Shown here in pieces: positions 9,701 to 19,936 of a stretch of DNA of 64,000 nt (its first letter is position 1; each line of letters opens with the position of its first letter). A program made the translations under genes and the position numbers. Source of the DNA: a virus. The notes beneath the pieces are model-generated. The model was not told the origin of the DNA. It did no database searches and was given only the letters and a program-made list of their open reading frames with translations. The DNA is taken from the IMG/VR virus record IMGVR_UViG_3300025598_002228, positions 5,029 to 69,028 of that record; one strand, given 5' to 3'.

Positions 9701-10264
9701 TTATTTTTTTACTTGTATGCCGAATGACACACAGCCATCCATAGCCTTCATGTCTATGGAGAGAGAATATTTGCTGCAAAATTCATCTACAGCCTGTTTA
9801 ACACCGAAGAAGTGTATATTATCGGTTTTTTGCCTGTTAAATTCATAATCATGCCCCATAATATACCCGCCATTTTTAACCTTCAAAAAAGCGTTATTTA
9901 GGTCGTTTTTAACCGCCTCATAAGAATGGTCGGCATCTATGTAAACCATATCAAAATAATCATCAGGATAGCTAAGTATGGCGTTTGTGGTTTCCCTTAC
10001 TATACTTACATTCCCATTACCGCCAAATCTAATTATTACGCCTCTTAATAACTCTTCACCATCAATGTGCTCTAAGTTATTGCCATCGGCATCACCGCTT
10101 TGTATGGGGTAATTAGCCCACATATCAATCAATACCAGTTTTTGCGGCTGGCATGAATCAAGGATTTGCTGAGAGAAATCACCTTTATAAACACCTAATT
10201 CAGCAATAACAGAATTAGGCTTTACCCTATAAAGCATATCTACTCGTGTATTATAAATCTCCAT
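9701..10264 (-). CDS. Class I SAM-dependent methyltransferase (Methyltransf_24-like)
   Basis: AELGVYKGDFS, FDMVYIDADHSYEAV, GGYIMGHDY. Confidence 0.85.
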   Translation of the reverse strand: MEIYNTRVDMLYRVKPNSVIAELGVYKGDFSQQILDSCQPQKLVLIDMWANYPIQSGDADGNNLEHIDGEELLRGVIIRFGGNGNVSIVRETTNAILSYPDDYFDMVYIDADHSYEAVKNDLNNAFLKVKNGGYIMGHDYEFNRQKTDNIHFFGVKQAVDEFCSKYSLSIDMKAMDGCVSFGIQVKK

Positions 10265-10269
10265 GCGTT

Positions 10270-10980
10270 TTATTTATGCTGAAAAAAACATTCCTGATTA
10301 GCATAGTCCCATTTCCAAAATTCAGTATTGAGAGGTTTGCCGTGAACTATCTTATCCTCATAGAGGGAATATAGTACCTGATTAAACACTATCATATCAA
10401 CGGTATCGGATTTACAGTTATACAGCTTTAATATTTCGGCTATGTCTTGAATAACTGGAAGCAAATTCTGTGTGTACCCTCCGAAAATACCGCAATTTAA
10501 AAGCTGCTTATCTTTTATTTTTTGGAAATAATTGGTACACCTCTGATTATTTATCAATCCAACCCTATAATTCATCCATTCGATTCCTACTATGGCAGTT
10601 TCATCACCTACGTATATTTTATGTTTTTCAATAAAATCAAAAGGATTTTTGAGTACAGTAGAATCACCAGTATCAATAATAAAAAATTTCTCTATTTCTG
10701 GGTGACTTACCAGATATTCATAAAGATACACCCACCGTGCATCCATCTGATTTAGCAAATCGGGCTTTTTTTTGATTACATGAAATTGTATATGCGGATA
10801 AGCCTGTTGTAGCTCTTTGCTTTCTTTATCTATAATGAGCACGCAATCTAATCCATTTTTTTTGATTGATTCCTGCCAATCACGTATATAAGAAACAGGC
10901 TCTATTTCTTTGTCATATTTAAAAAAAGGGTAGTCATATACTGTGAGGCAGAAACCTATAATTACAGAACGTTTACTCAT
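10270..10980 (-). CDS. Putative glycosyltransferase (GT-A-like)
   Basis: FIIDTGD, LKNPF, LLNCGIFGG, DMIVFN, FFQHK pattern. Confidence 0.55.
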   Translation of the reverse strand: MSKRSVIIGFCLTVYDYPFFKYDKEIEPVSYIRDWQESIKKNGLDCVLIIDKESKELQQAYPHIQFHVIKKKPDLLNQMDARWVYLYEYLVSHPEIEKFFIIDTGDSTVLKNPFDFIEKHKIYVGDETAIVGIEWMNYRVGLINNQRCTNYFQKIKDKQLLNCGIFGGYTQNLLPVIQDIAEILKLYNCKSDTVDMIVFNQVLYSLYEDKIVHGKPLNTEFWKWDYANQECFFQHK

Positions 10981-11666
10981 ACTTGATTTTGGGCTATATC
11001 TAAAGTGCCGTTAACACCCAGAAGTTTTAGAATATATGCTTTCGTTTCGGTAGGAAGGTTTGCGAGTAAGGTCTGTTCATCCCCTATAAGCCCTTTACCT
11101 GCTTTATTTGAAAAATAGCCTTGATTATATCTTACAACTACTTTGTCCATCCTTAATTTACCGCCCTCTGTATGCTCATCCATTAGCAGACCGACATATA
11201 GGCAGCCTATAAGAATATTAAGCAAAGGGTCAAGCAAGTCATTCTGTGTTATGAAGACAGATGATGCAGTCCCGTTTACCGTAACTTTATCTCCAAGATA
11301 ACGCATCTTCATAATGCCATTGGTAAACCTGTTACCTAATTTCTGTGTAAGTATTTGTTTTTCCCCATCAGACAATATCCGACCTTTGGTTTTTTCGAGC
11401 ACAAGTACATCACTTGCCGCAGATGGCACAAGCTGCATAAGTCCTACTGCACCAGCACCGCTTATGGCATTTGCATTGCCACCGCTCTCAATAAAAATAA
11501 AACTTGTTATTATGTCTGGTGGTATGTGTACTAATTGAGAAACCGTATCTATCTCATTCTTGTACCTGCTATAGATATTATCCATAGTGGTTTTTATACT
11601 CGGACGCTGCGAATATTGATAGTAAGAAAAATTGACCTGCGGTACAGAAAGTTTTATGTCAGCCAT
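10977..11666 (-). CDS. Lytic transglycosylase (SLT)
   Basis: IFIESGGNANAISGAGAVGLMQL, NILIGC.Y, YNQG, ETKAYI. Confidence 0.9.
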   Translation of the reverse strand: MADIKLSVPQVNFSYYQYSQRPSIKTTMDNIYSRYKNEIDTVSQLVHIPPDIITSFIFIESGGNANAISGAGAVGLMQLVPSAASDVLVLEKTKGRILSDGEKQILTQKLGNRFTNGIMKMRYLGDKVTVNGTASSVFITQNDLLDPLLNILIGCLYVGLLMDEHTEGGKLRMDKVVVRYNQGYFSNKAGKGLIGDEQTLLANLPTETKAYILKLLGVNGTLDIAQNQV

Positions 11667-11675
11667 GTTTAGTTT

Positions 11676-11819
11676 TTAGGCATAGATTACATTACGAGAG
11701 TATTTAGCTTCTGGTGTTGCCTCCTGCACAGTCCCTATAAATTCATTAGCACCAGCAAATATTAGAAAGCCACCTAAAGCTACTAATGAAAATACAAATA
11801 ATTTACTTGCTCCGCTCAT
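11676..11819 (-). CDS. Small N-terminal TM protein (47 aa, not in track)
   Basis: MSGASKLFVFSLVALGGFLIFAGANEF...; TACATTTG promoter upstream. Confidence 0.45.
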   Translation of the reverse strand: MSGASKLFVFSLVALGGFLIFAGANEFIGTVQEATPEAKYSRNVIYA

Positions 11820-12192
11820 ATGCTTACAAATGTAACCATTTATTCTTACAGAAAAAACAACTCAATCAATACTCCTGCCAAAATTAAAAACTTAGGCTCG
11901 TGTGGTAAACACCCTGCGCAGCCATAGTATATGGCATAAATGATAGCCACCTTATATGCGATTGATATACACATAGCTATAGCTCTTCCTAAAAAATAAA
12001 GGATAAATCCCAATATTTTGTATATTATCATAAAAATTAATTTTATTTTAGTAGTGAATTAATCGGCTGTACAATCACATAAAACACAGGTATCAGGCTG
12101 TGGCTCGGTTATTTCGGGCAATTCATCATCACCATTGGCAATGTGGTTATCAATAACATTTGATTTTATTTTAGGCTTCTTTGGTTTCATGG

Positions 12193-12465
12193 TTAGCTAA
12201 ATATGTTTTTAAGCCAATTACGAAAAGGTCTCTTGTGCAATACTACCTGTGTCTTTTTAAATATAACTTTATCGCTTTCGCCATCTCCAAAGATATATAT
12301 TATATGACCTGCGGAATCTATTTCAGAAATAGGCAAAACCATTCCTACGGTAAGCAATGTTTGCTGACGCTCTGAACCTATAATAATATCTATAAGTTTC
12401 TTCTGCTGCTTTCTGAGCACCCATATAACCCTTACCTTATCGCCTATATAAAACTCTTCTATCAT
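12193..12465 (-). CDS. Hypothetical protein
   Basis: 90 aa, ATGA overlap with upstream gene. Confidence 0.5.
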   Translation of the reverse strand: MIEEFYIGDKVRVIWVLRKQQKKLIDIIIGSERQQTLLTVGMVLPISEIDSAGHIIYIFGDGESDKVIFKKTQVVLHKRPFRNWLKNIFS

Positions 12466-13163
12466 GGCTTAACATCCTCTCCTTTCGAATCTTTATTAGG
12501 TTTTGCTTTTTTATTAACTAAGTCTATTTCTTTAGTCGGGAGCAGTCCTAAGTTTATAAGCTCATCAAATGCAAAACCAAGTGCACACATAGCATCTTTA
12601 CTTATGGAAAAGCGACATGATGCCACTTTAACACCCCACTTCTCTATTAATTCAATTTTTGAAGGCTTAAAGTTTGCAAAAGATTCTGTAGGCGTTAATA
12701 CTTTTTTTGTATCAATCACAAAATTACCTGCCGCATCCTCGAAAACAGTAACCTTTCGACCTCCATTTAAGTATAATTCAACGCCGTTTATTTGGAAACG
12801 TGCCTTTCTTATAATACCTGCTAAATCTATTTTTTTAATTTGCGGAATTATTATCTTCTCTTTAACTACTGGTCTCGTTCTCTTTTTAGGGGCAACCTTT
12901 TTACCTTTAGTAGTCCTACTGTTTGTCTTATTGGGCACTTTATCTACAATAATTTTAGTTGTAGATAAAGAATAATTTTCCTCACCTGTTGGTGTAATTA
13001 CGGTTATGTCTTTTTCGGGAAGATTCTCGACAGATACATTCGAATCAGGTTTGGTTGGTGCTGTTATAGCTGGGACTAAAACATTATCATGCATGTAACC
13101 AACATTATTGCCTTTTGGTTTATTAGAGCCTTTATTACCGCCCTTGTTTCTATTTTTGCCCAC
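12462..13163 (-). CDS. Lys-rich hypothetical protein
   Basis: 233 aa ORF with GTG start. Confidence 0.55.
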   Translation of the reverse strand: MGKNRNKGGNKGSNKPKGNNVGYMHDNVLVPAITAPTKPDSNVSVENLPEKDITVITPTGEENYSLSTTKIIVDKVPNKTNSRTTKGKKVAPKKRTRPVVKEKIIIPQIKKIDLAGIIRKARFQINGVELYLNGGRKVTVFEDAAGNFVIDTKKVLTPTESFANFKPSKIELIEKWGVKVASCRFSISKDAMCALGFAFDELINLGLLPTKEIDLVNKKAKPNKDSKGEDVKP

Positions 13164-13277
13164 CTGCTTTGTAATTTAGAAGCAAATAAATAAAATAATT
13201 GAAATAAAACAAAGCTTTTTTACATATTTTTTGTTTGTTTTTTTGATTTTCTCGTTTTTAGTGTATATGTTTGTGTT

Positions 13278-13553
13278 ATGAAGATTAGGTTAAATAAAAA
13301 TAACGCTGTGGATAATACTGATAAAGACAAAGAAATATTGCTTGAAAACTTGAAAGAGGCTAACGCTAAGATAACACGCCTGCAAAGAGCTACAATGTAT
13401 AAGCCGCTTGAAAAGATTATTACTAAACCGATATTCAATCAGATTGTACGGGGCACATATGTTTCTAAGGGCAATATTAAAATTGCACAGTCACTACTAA
13501 AGCAGATGGAAGAATATGTTAAGACCAATGAGGAATACATAGAAGCCAATTAA
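13278..13553 (+). CDS. Hypothetical coiled-coil protein
   Basis: TATGTTTG promoter just upstream, terminator downstream. Confidence 0.55.
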   Translation: MKIRLNKNNAVDNTDKDKEILLENLKEANAKITRLQRATMYKPLEKIITKPIFNQIVRGTYVSKGNIKIAQSLLKQMEEYVKTNEEYIEAN

Positions 13554-13578
13554 TCGCCTCCCCTCTTTTTTGCTATAT

Positions 13579-13606
13579 AAAAAAGCCCCGTTTTTCGGGG
13601 CTTTTT
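13579..13606. terminator. Bidirectional intrinsic terminator
   Basis: AAAAAAGCCCCG-TTTTT-CGGGGCTTTTT between convergent genes. Confidence 0.85.
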
Positions 13607-13614
13607 GTTTTGGC

Positions 13615-14373
13615 TTACTTTCTCAGGTTTCCGTACAACTGTCTTAATTTGGGTAGTTTCTCAAGAAATTTATACATAAGGATATTAAATGTGCTCTCGA
13701 AAGCAGGAATGGCCTCTTTGTAGCTTTTAAGCGTCTCATCAAGTTCATTCATGGTATATTGCCAATTACCAAATAATTCAGCAGGCGTGTTAAAACCATA
13801 AAACTTCAATACACTCTTTTGCGTTTCAACAACCTTACTGCCGTTCCAGTTTTGCCCTATACAAATGAAGCCTGCATCTTTGCCTTCTAATATGTTTTTT
13901 TCACCAAGTGCCGACCATCTGTTTTCAAGCCAATCTAAACGCTCTATAAGCTTTTGATAATACCCGTTTGCCTGCCCCCAGCGAACAGAGGCAAAAAAAA
14001 CAATAGCGTCAGATGCGAATATTTCATTTGCTATCTTATACAATTCATCATCAGCGTTATTGTACGAAGCCCAACAACGTAAATGCCCTGTGGGATTCTT
14101 AACGGCATCCTTTAGGGCTGATTCCTTCACCCCGCAGTTATTGCCATCTTTAGAGCTTACATTGCCTTCGCATGGATATATTTTAAGGCGTGGCACTTCT
14201 ATTACAGTTACACGTTCCCCTATTGTATTAGCTATCTTATATGCCAAAGCTGTAGACTTAGGCTGGTCATTATCATGCCCTGTATAGCGATTAGATGTAG
14301 TAAGGAATAATATCTTTTTTTTCTTACTAAGATGCCTTATTAATGCCGATATGTGGATGTTGTTTTGCATCAT
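13615..14373 (-). CDS. Flavodoxin-like / iron-sulfur flavoprotein (NADPH-FMN reductase family)
   Basis: LFLTTSNR, PCEGNVS..CG..CW, SDAIVFFASVRWG. Confidence 0.75.
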   Translation of the reverse strand: MMQNNIHISALIRHLSKKKKILFLTTSNRYTGHDNDQPKSTALAYKIANTIGERVTVIEVPRLKIYPCEGNVSSKDGNNCGVKESALKDAVKNPTGHLRCWASYNNADDELYKIANEIFASDAIVFFASVRWGQANGYYQKLIERLDWLENRWSALGEKNILEGKDAGFICIGQNWNGSKVVETQKSVLKFYGFNTPAELFGNWQYTMNELDETLKSYKEAIPAFESTFNILMYKFLEKLPKLRQLYGNLRK

Positions 14374-15077
14374 AGGTTATTTATTTTACCCAATACGGTT
14401 TCACCGTCAACTACAATATCGCCCACCTTAACTATTGGTACTATTGATTCAGGCAAAACGACTGTAACCTGACTACCCATTTTTATAACACCTATTTGCT
14501 CACCCTGCACGACTGCTTGACCCTCGTTTATAAAACTTTGTATTTTTCTTGCTAAAAATCCAGCTATCTGAACAACCTTATACTTTATACCATCGGGAGT
14601 TTCAAACAGATAAGAACAATGCTCATTATTATATCTTATTATACCATCGGGAGTTTTACTAATAGCATTTTTAAAATCCCCTTTTGAATACTCTATTTTA
14701 CGTACTGTTGCTGACATAGGGCATCTTTGAAAATGCACATCGGTTACTTTCATATGTATGGAAATAATAGTACCAGTAGTATCTACATCCCCTGCGAATA
14801 GATTTATTGCGCCTGCAATATTGTCTTCATTTTCAAATTTATCTTCTACTACTTTTGTTTTGTCGAATTTTCTTACAGCAACAATAGTTCCGTTTGCTGG
14901 ACTTAGAAACTCCTCCTGATTATTGGATATAGCCCTCTTAGGGCTTCTTAGGAAGGCACTTTTATACAAAATCAAATACGTGCCTATTGCCGTAACCAAA
15001 AAGCCTAAATACATCATTGCCCTATGCTTAGTTTTATCTTCCAAGTAAATGATATGTTTCAGATACCAATATACCAA
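14370..15077 (-). CDS. psd: Phosphatidylserine decarboxylase proenzyme
   Basis: N-terminal TM, SPANGTIV, DVHFQRCP, VVQIAGFLARKI, IKMGSQV self-cleavage GS motif, VKVGDIVVDGETVLG. Confidence 0.85.
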   Translation of the reverse strand: MVYWYLKHIIYLEDKTKHRAMMYLGFLVTAIGTYLILYKSAFLRSPKRAISNNQEEFLSPANGTIVAVRKFDKTKVVEDKFENEDNIAGAINLFAGDVDTTGTIISIHMKVTDVHFQRCPMSATVRKIEYSKGDFKNAISKTPDGIIRYNNEHCSYLFETPDGIKYKVVQIAGFLARKIQSFINEGQAVVQGEQIGVIKMGSQVTVVLPESIVPIVKVGDIVVDGETVLGKINNL

Positions 15078-15540
15078 TTAATCCACCGACTAAAAAGCCT
15101 GCTGTAGTTCCCAAACCAACAGCTAATTTCTTATGTCGTTTTTCTTTTTTTAATTGCTTAATATAAGTGCTAATCTCCTTATCTTTTTCTGCTATCAGTT
15201 CGTTTCTATTATCGAGCATTCCACTCATAAGATTTATCTGAATATCTTTTACAGCATTATCTTTACGGCACAGAGATATAGCCAATGTGTCGGCAGTATT
15301 TTTTATTCTGTAATTTTGTATGATAATAGAATCTATAATTGCATTAGTACTACAATCTTCATAGCGAAGAATATACTCGTATACCTTTTTCTTTTGAGCC
15401 TGAGTAAAAACGGTGAATGTATCTTTACCGAAATCTATAACACCAGTAACAGTTTTAGGGTAGCTATTTGAGTTTTCCTGCGAGTAGGTCATTAAGCTGC
15501 TTATCAGGAATAGAGCCAATAGAAGCGAACTTTTTTTCAT
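15034..15540 (-). CDS. Secreted/anchored coiled-coil protein (possible spanin-like)
   Basis: Signal peptide, coiled coil, C-terminal TM; overlaps partner gene. Confidence 0.45.
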   Translation of the reverse strand: MKKSSLLLALFLISSLMTYSQENSNSYPKTVTGVIDFGKDTFTVFTQAQKKKVYEYILRYEDCSTNAIIDSIIIQNYRIKNTADTLAISLCRKDNAVKDIQINLMSGMLDNRNELIAEKDKEISTYIKQLKKEKRHKKLAVGLGTTAGFLVGGLIGILVSETYHLLGR

Positions 15541-15895
15541 CTTGTATTTTTTTTCTGTTTTTTACCAATATAAGGCTGTCAATTTTATACTGTTGAGATA
15601 CAGTAAAAGCAATTACAGAATCTAATTGGTTTTTAAGGTTAGTAGCCTGCTTTTCGCTTTGCTTGTATTTTATCTGCAATGAATCATACTGCTGTTTTAG
15701 TATGAGTTCTTTTTTATCGGGTTGGGTATTAAGATATTCAGGCTTAAAATAATATCTCGCCACATTAGCGATGAGTATGCCTGTAATTAAAAATACAGGT
15801 ATAATTTGTTCAATGGTAAATTTTAGTTTCACCATCAGAAAAATAGCTGCTATAAACACTGATATTGATATGAGGTCAATAATTAGTTGAGCCAT
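15464..15895 (-). CDS. TM + coiled-coil protein (possible Rz-like)
   Basis: Two N-terminal TM helices then coiled coil; likely start MAQLIID. Confidence 0.45.
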   Translation of the reverse strand: MAQLIIDLISISVFIAAIFLMVKLKFTIEQIIPVFLITGILIANVARYYFKPEYLNTQPDKKELILKQQYDSLQIKYKQSEKQATNLKNQLDSVIAFTVSQQYKIDSLILVKNRKKIQDEKKFASIGSIPDKQLNDLLAGKLK

Positions 15896-15896
15896 G

Positions 15897-16208
15897 TTAT
15901 ATCTGGAATTTAGAACCCAATTTAGTATTAATTTCGAGAACCAAAGCATTTAATTTTGTTATATCAATATTTGCTATTGGCACAGTATATGTACTTGCGT
16001 TATTTTTTGCGTTAAAGATAACCTCTGAGCCAATTGTAACGGCTATATTATACATATCACCGCTCGGTGTACCTGCTGGTTTTAATGAAGCAATATTATC
16101 TGTAAAAGCTTTTAGCGTTTTTAGGTCGCTGCTTATGAAAATATTAGTTAATGTTCCGTTTGACACCTGTGTTTGACCGAACCAGAAAATGTTAATTGTA
16201 TTTGCCAT
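15897..16208 (-). CDS. Hypothetical protein downstream of spike gene
   Basis: 103 aa ORF. Confidence 0.5.
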   Translation of the reverse strand: MANTINIFWFGQTQVSNGTLTNIFISSDLKTLKAFTDNIASLKPAGTPSGDMYNIAVTIGSEVIFNAKNNASTYTVPIANIDITKLNALVLEINTKLGSKFQI

Positions 16209-16234
16209 GATTAGTTAGATATTACTGTTGAAAA

Positions 16235-18931
16235 TTAAGGAGCACCGCCTGTTAATATTGCAAGATAAAATTTGCCATCGCTTTCCTGATACATGGATTT
16301 TGTTGGTGTACCACTATTCATCTCTGCGGTTGGTGTTATGGTTTTTCCATTTATATAGTCCAAGAAGCTGTGATTTACTATTTCCCCTGCAATTGTACAA
16401 TTAACTACACTTTGCCCCATTATAGTATTAAAAGCCCCGCCGAGTACCACGTTACTTAACTCATTAAGATTGCAAACCAATATATCAGAATTTGTAGTTT
16501 CGGTTACATTAGTAATAGTATTTACGTTGTTTTGCCTTATCCCACTTGTTATCACTACTGATTGTATTAATGAGCCAGTATTGTTATCTATGCGATTAGT
16601 CGTATTGCTCAAAATTCTTCCAACTACATTGTATGACAAACTTGAAGATATTGCATTATTATCAATTATTCCGCCACTATTATATTGTATAATACCAAGA
16701 CCGCTATTGTTAGTTATAACATTCGTTTGATTGTTATAAATACCCCCAGTATTTGTATTACCTGCAATAGTATACCCATTGTTTTGCTTTATCTCCTGCA
16801 ATGAAGTGTTGAATGAAATAGTTTGTACTATGTTATTTGCAATATTGCTAAAATTGGCATTTTGCGAGATAACCGAACCACTATTGTCTACTATTGTTGC
16901 GCCTGATGAGTTATTGTTATCTATTGAGCTAACAATATTATCACTTATGATGCCAGTAGTATTATTATTTATTGTCGTACCTGAATTTCTTGCTATAGTA
17001 TTACAAGTGTTATTATTAATCGTGTTTACGCTATTATTTATGCATTCAACAGCTATTGTATTAGTGTCAATAAAATAGCAATTATTTTGATTTATTGAAG
17101 CTGCACCGCCATTATTGGTTATTTGATAACCAACGTTATCGCTGATAGAGCCTGTATTTTCGTTATTTTCTATCAATACTACAATGTTACCTGATATAAC
17201 TCCGCATCCATTGCCTGAAATAGTGTTTCCAGTATTGTTGCTAATGTTTCCAGTTGTAGTATTACTAAGGATGCTTAGGCATGAGTTACCAGTGATGCTA
17301 CCTGTATTATTGTTGCCATTTATTTGAACGGCTATATTTTCAGATATTTCAGTAACAAAACCGAGATTGGCTTTTATTTCTATGCATGTATTGTATTGTA
17401 TCGCCCCCGTATTACTATTAATTGAAATGTCATTACCGCAAGTGTTATTAGATACGTTATCACAAGAGTTGGTGTCAATCGAATTAGCGACATTACTGTT
17501 AATACCATTAGGGCAGGTATTAGCATTAATGATGTTAGCAATATTATCTAAGCAATCGGATGAATTACCTGTAATCGCCGAACAAACATTTCCTGTTATA
17601 TTTATACAAGTATTACCGCTTATTTCATAGCAATTATTTGTTGATATAACCGCACTCGAATTAGTCATGTTATTGTTTTGAATAACACTTCCTACGTTAT
17701 TATTCATTACAGCAACCGTATTGCTGTTAATAGTATCTATGTTATTATTGGCTATTTGCTGACACACATTGCCATTAAACTGATTTATGGTGTTACCAAT
17801 AAATATATGTCCAGAATCGGGCGCAATTATGCTGTTATTTTGAACATAATTTATATTATTCACCCCATGAAGGTCGCAAGCTATAATGTTGTTAAAATAT
17901 ATGTTATAAGAACAAGAAAACATTAGACCATCGCCTGTCGAAAAACAGCTAATGGTATTTCCATATGATTTATTAACAATAACATCAAATACAACATTCA
18001 TATTTGAGAAAACGGTATTATCAAGCCAATAGGGAGTACCGAAAAACGCTCTCTCTTGAAGAGGACTTCCGATATTTATTTGCCCAACATTACCACAGTT
18101 ATTAAAGCAATTAACGTCAATAGATGCTGCACCTGCTACTGGTGTATAAGAGTAATACAAGCCATTACCTATAACTGTTTCCCACCGCCTGAAAACTACA
18201 TTTCTCCAATCATAATCCCTTCCTATATTATTAACCGCATCTTTTCTGTATATAATACATCCTTTACCCTGACTTGCAGCATATTCATAATCTCCATCAG
18301 GTACAGAAATTTGATAGTTAATAATATCATTAGGGAATGTGAGCGATTGAGCAGAAAGGCTTATCTCACTATTTGAAATAGCTTGCACGAGTAATGGCTC
18401 TACCGCCCCTAAATGCACAGCCTCACCACCTATACCGCCACTGCCAGTACCACTATACTGAATATAAGAGGCAGTTTGATAGTCGGTAATCAGGTAAAAT
18501 GCACCTGCATTAAGATTACCGCCATTTATAAGAGAAACAAGTTGAGTATAGGTAACGTTATTATATATGGGTGTACCACCTCCACCAGTACCGCTTGATA
18601 CATCAAGCCATACATTACCTGTTATATAAGTTACAGCGTCTAAAATTAAGAAGGATTTGTTACCTGTAATACTTTTGGTTGTAATTATAGTACCAGAGTT
18701 TTCGGAAATTGCATCTGTACCCCCTGCATTTAACGTTAATGTTGTACCACTATCACCAACGAGCGCAATTATAGTACCAGCCTTTTTTATACTGTTAATG
18801 CTCGGTAAATTTACCGTTACGTTACCTCCGCCTGTTGCTAAAATGAAAGTATATGGAAAGTTTACAAGTCCACTGAACTCTATTGCATTTAAGTTATATG
18901 GAGAATTTGATGATGAAACCTGTATTATCAT
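16235..18931 (-). CDS. Parallel beta-helix protein, candidate receptor-binding spike/fibre
   Basis: TYTQLVSLINGGNLNAGAFYLITDYQT fibre-type N-domain; ~500 aa Asn/Ile-rich I..N...I..N repeats; TAAATTTG promoter at 18952-18959. Confidence 0.7.
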   Translation of the reverse strand: MIIQVSSSNSPYNLNAIEFSGLVNFPYTFILATGGGNVTVNLPSINSIKKAGTIIALVGDSGTTLTLNAGGTDAISENSGTIITTKSITGNKSFLILDAVTYITGNVWLDVSSGTGGGGTPIYNNVTYTQLVSLINGGNLNAGAFYLITDYQTASYIQYSGTGSGGIGGEAVHLGAVEPLLVQAISNSEISLSAQSLTFPNDIINYQISVPDGDYEYAASQGKGCIIYRKDAVNNIGRDYDWRNVVFRRWETVIGNGLYYSYTPVAGAASIDVNCFNNCGNVGQINIGSPLQERAFFGTPYWLDNTVFSNMNVVFDVIVNKSYGNTISCFSTGDGLMFSCSYNIYFNNIIACDLHGVNNINYVQNNSIIAPDSGHIFIGNTINQFNGNVCQQIANNNIDTINSNTVAVMNNNVGSVIQNNNMTNSSAVISTNNCYEISGNTCINITGNVCSAITGNSSDCLDNIANIINANTCPNGINSNVANSIDTNSCDNVSNNTCGNDISINSNTGAIQYNTCIEIKANLGFVTEISENIAVQINGNNNTGSITGNSCLSILSNTTTGNISNNTGNTISGNGCGVISGNIVVLIENNENTGSISDNVGYQITNNGGAASINQNNCYFIDTNTIAVECINNSVNTINNNTCNTIARNSGTTINNNTTGIISDNIVSSIDNNNSSGATIVDNSGSVISQNANFSNIANNIVQTISFNTSLQEIKQNNGYTIAGNTNTGGIYNNQTNVITNNSGLGIIQYNSGGIIDNNAISSSLSYNVVGRILSNTTNRIDNNTGSLIQSVVITSGIRQNNVNTITNVTETTNSDILVCNLNELSNVVLGGAFNTIMGQSVVNCTIAGEIVNHSFLDYINGKTITPTAEMNSGTPTKSMYQESDGKFYLAILTGGAP

Positions 18932-19013
18932 ACTACGCTATAATTTAACTGCAAATTTAATGATTGCTTTAGTGCTAACCCCATAAATATTGTCAAGCCA
19001 ACACTTTACATCA

Positions 19014-19412
19014 TTATAGATTTAGCTCTGATTCGAGGTCGAGCCACCTTACAAATTCGAGGGATTTTTGAAGGGCAAGGTTTACTGTTGGGTCTTCATC
19101 AGACTGCGCTACCAAAAGCACGCTAACTTCGCTTTTTTCACATCCTAATTCTTGCGATAAAACACCTAAAATAAACTTTAACCCACTGCCAATTATCAGG
19201 GTTTTATTCAAAAAGTCTAATTTTATGTTTAGTATATCATGCTGTAAGCTAAGGTTCTTTTTAAATTCACCTTGTACATACAACTTATACTCTATCTGCT
19301 CATCGGCATTAGGTATTAGTAACACTTGTATATCACGATAACCTACACCGTACTCTTTAGCATAAAATGCTAATTTATCCGAAAATAACTTTTCTATTTC
19401 TTTAATGTCCAT
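19014..19412 (-). CDS. Hypothetical protein
   Basis: 132 aa ORF. Confidence 0.55.
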   Translation of the reverse strand: MDIKEIEKLFSDKLAFYAKEYGVGYRDIQVLLIPNADEQIEYKLYVQGEFKKNLSLQHDILNIKLDFLNKTLIIGSGLKFILGVLSQELGCEKSEVSVLLVAQSDEDPTVNLALQKSLEFVRWLDLESELNL

Positions 19413-19440
19413 ACTATGTATTTTGGGCGCAATATAACAA

Positions 19441-19935
19441 TTATTGAATTAATTGCCCTAAATTTTCCTGAATTTGGAATGGCAAATTACTTACATCAAT
19501 ACCATCTACCGCTCCCGAAACATACCCTATAAGTTTAATATTTATGGAATTTAGGTTGAGATTTTTTAGTATAGATGATAAATCAATACTTCCCAATATC
19601 GTAGCTATATTAAAATAGATATTAAACGAGACCTGAGATGTGGCGTTAGCAATAATAACCTGATTGGTATTTTGTATTACCTTGTTTATATACTTATCAT
19701 TAATATACACATCGAAATTGAGATTTGTTACATTAATTGTTAGTGCCGATATATTGGTAACATTTAAAGTTAAATTTAAACCTATATTACCGCTTTGCAT
19801 GGGCAGCATAGATGCACCAGCAAATGTTATACGCATTTGCTTTGCAAGCATTGCCTGTTTATAAATAGAATAACCAACTATACCGAAAATAGCTGTTACG
19901 AATCCTCCTACTGCATATACTAATCCTTTTGCCAT
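19441..19935 (-). CDS. LEA_2/WHy-like beta-sandwich membrane protein
   Basis: N-terminal TM; LNLTLNVTNIS.LTINVTNLNFDVYIND...IIANATSQVSF. Confidence 0.65.
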   Translation of the reverse strand: MAKGLVYAVGGFVTAIFGIVGYSIYKQAMLAKQMRITFAGASMLPMQSGNIGLNLTLNVTNISALTINVTNLNFDVYINDKYINKVIQNTNQVIIANATSQVSFNIYFNIATILGSIDLSSILKNLNLNSINIKLIGYVSGAVDGIDVSNLPFQIQENLGQLIQ

Positions 19936-19936
19936 A

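Noticed and set aside
16470-18986. Plus-strand hydrophobic ORFs opposite the beta-helix gene (and similar antisense ORFs such as 32763..33452 and 41010..41447)
   Set aside because: Antisense shadows of biased codon usage in long minus-strand genes.
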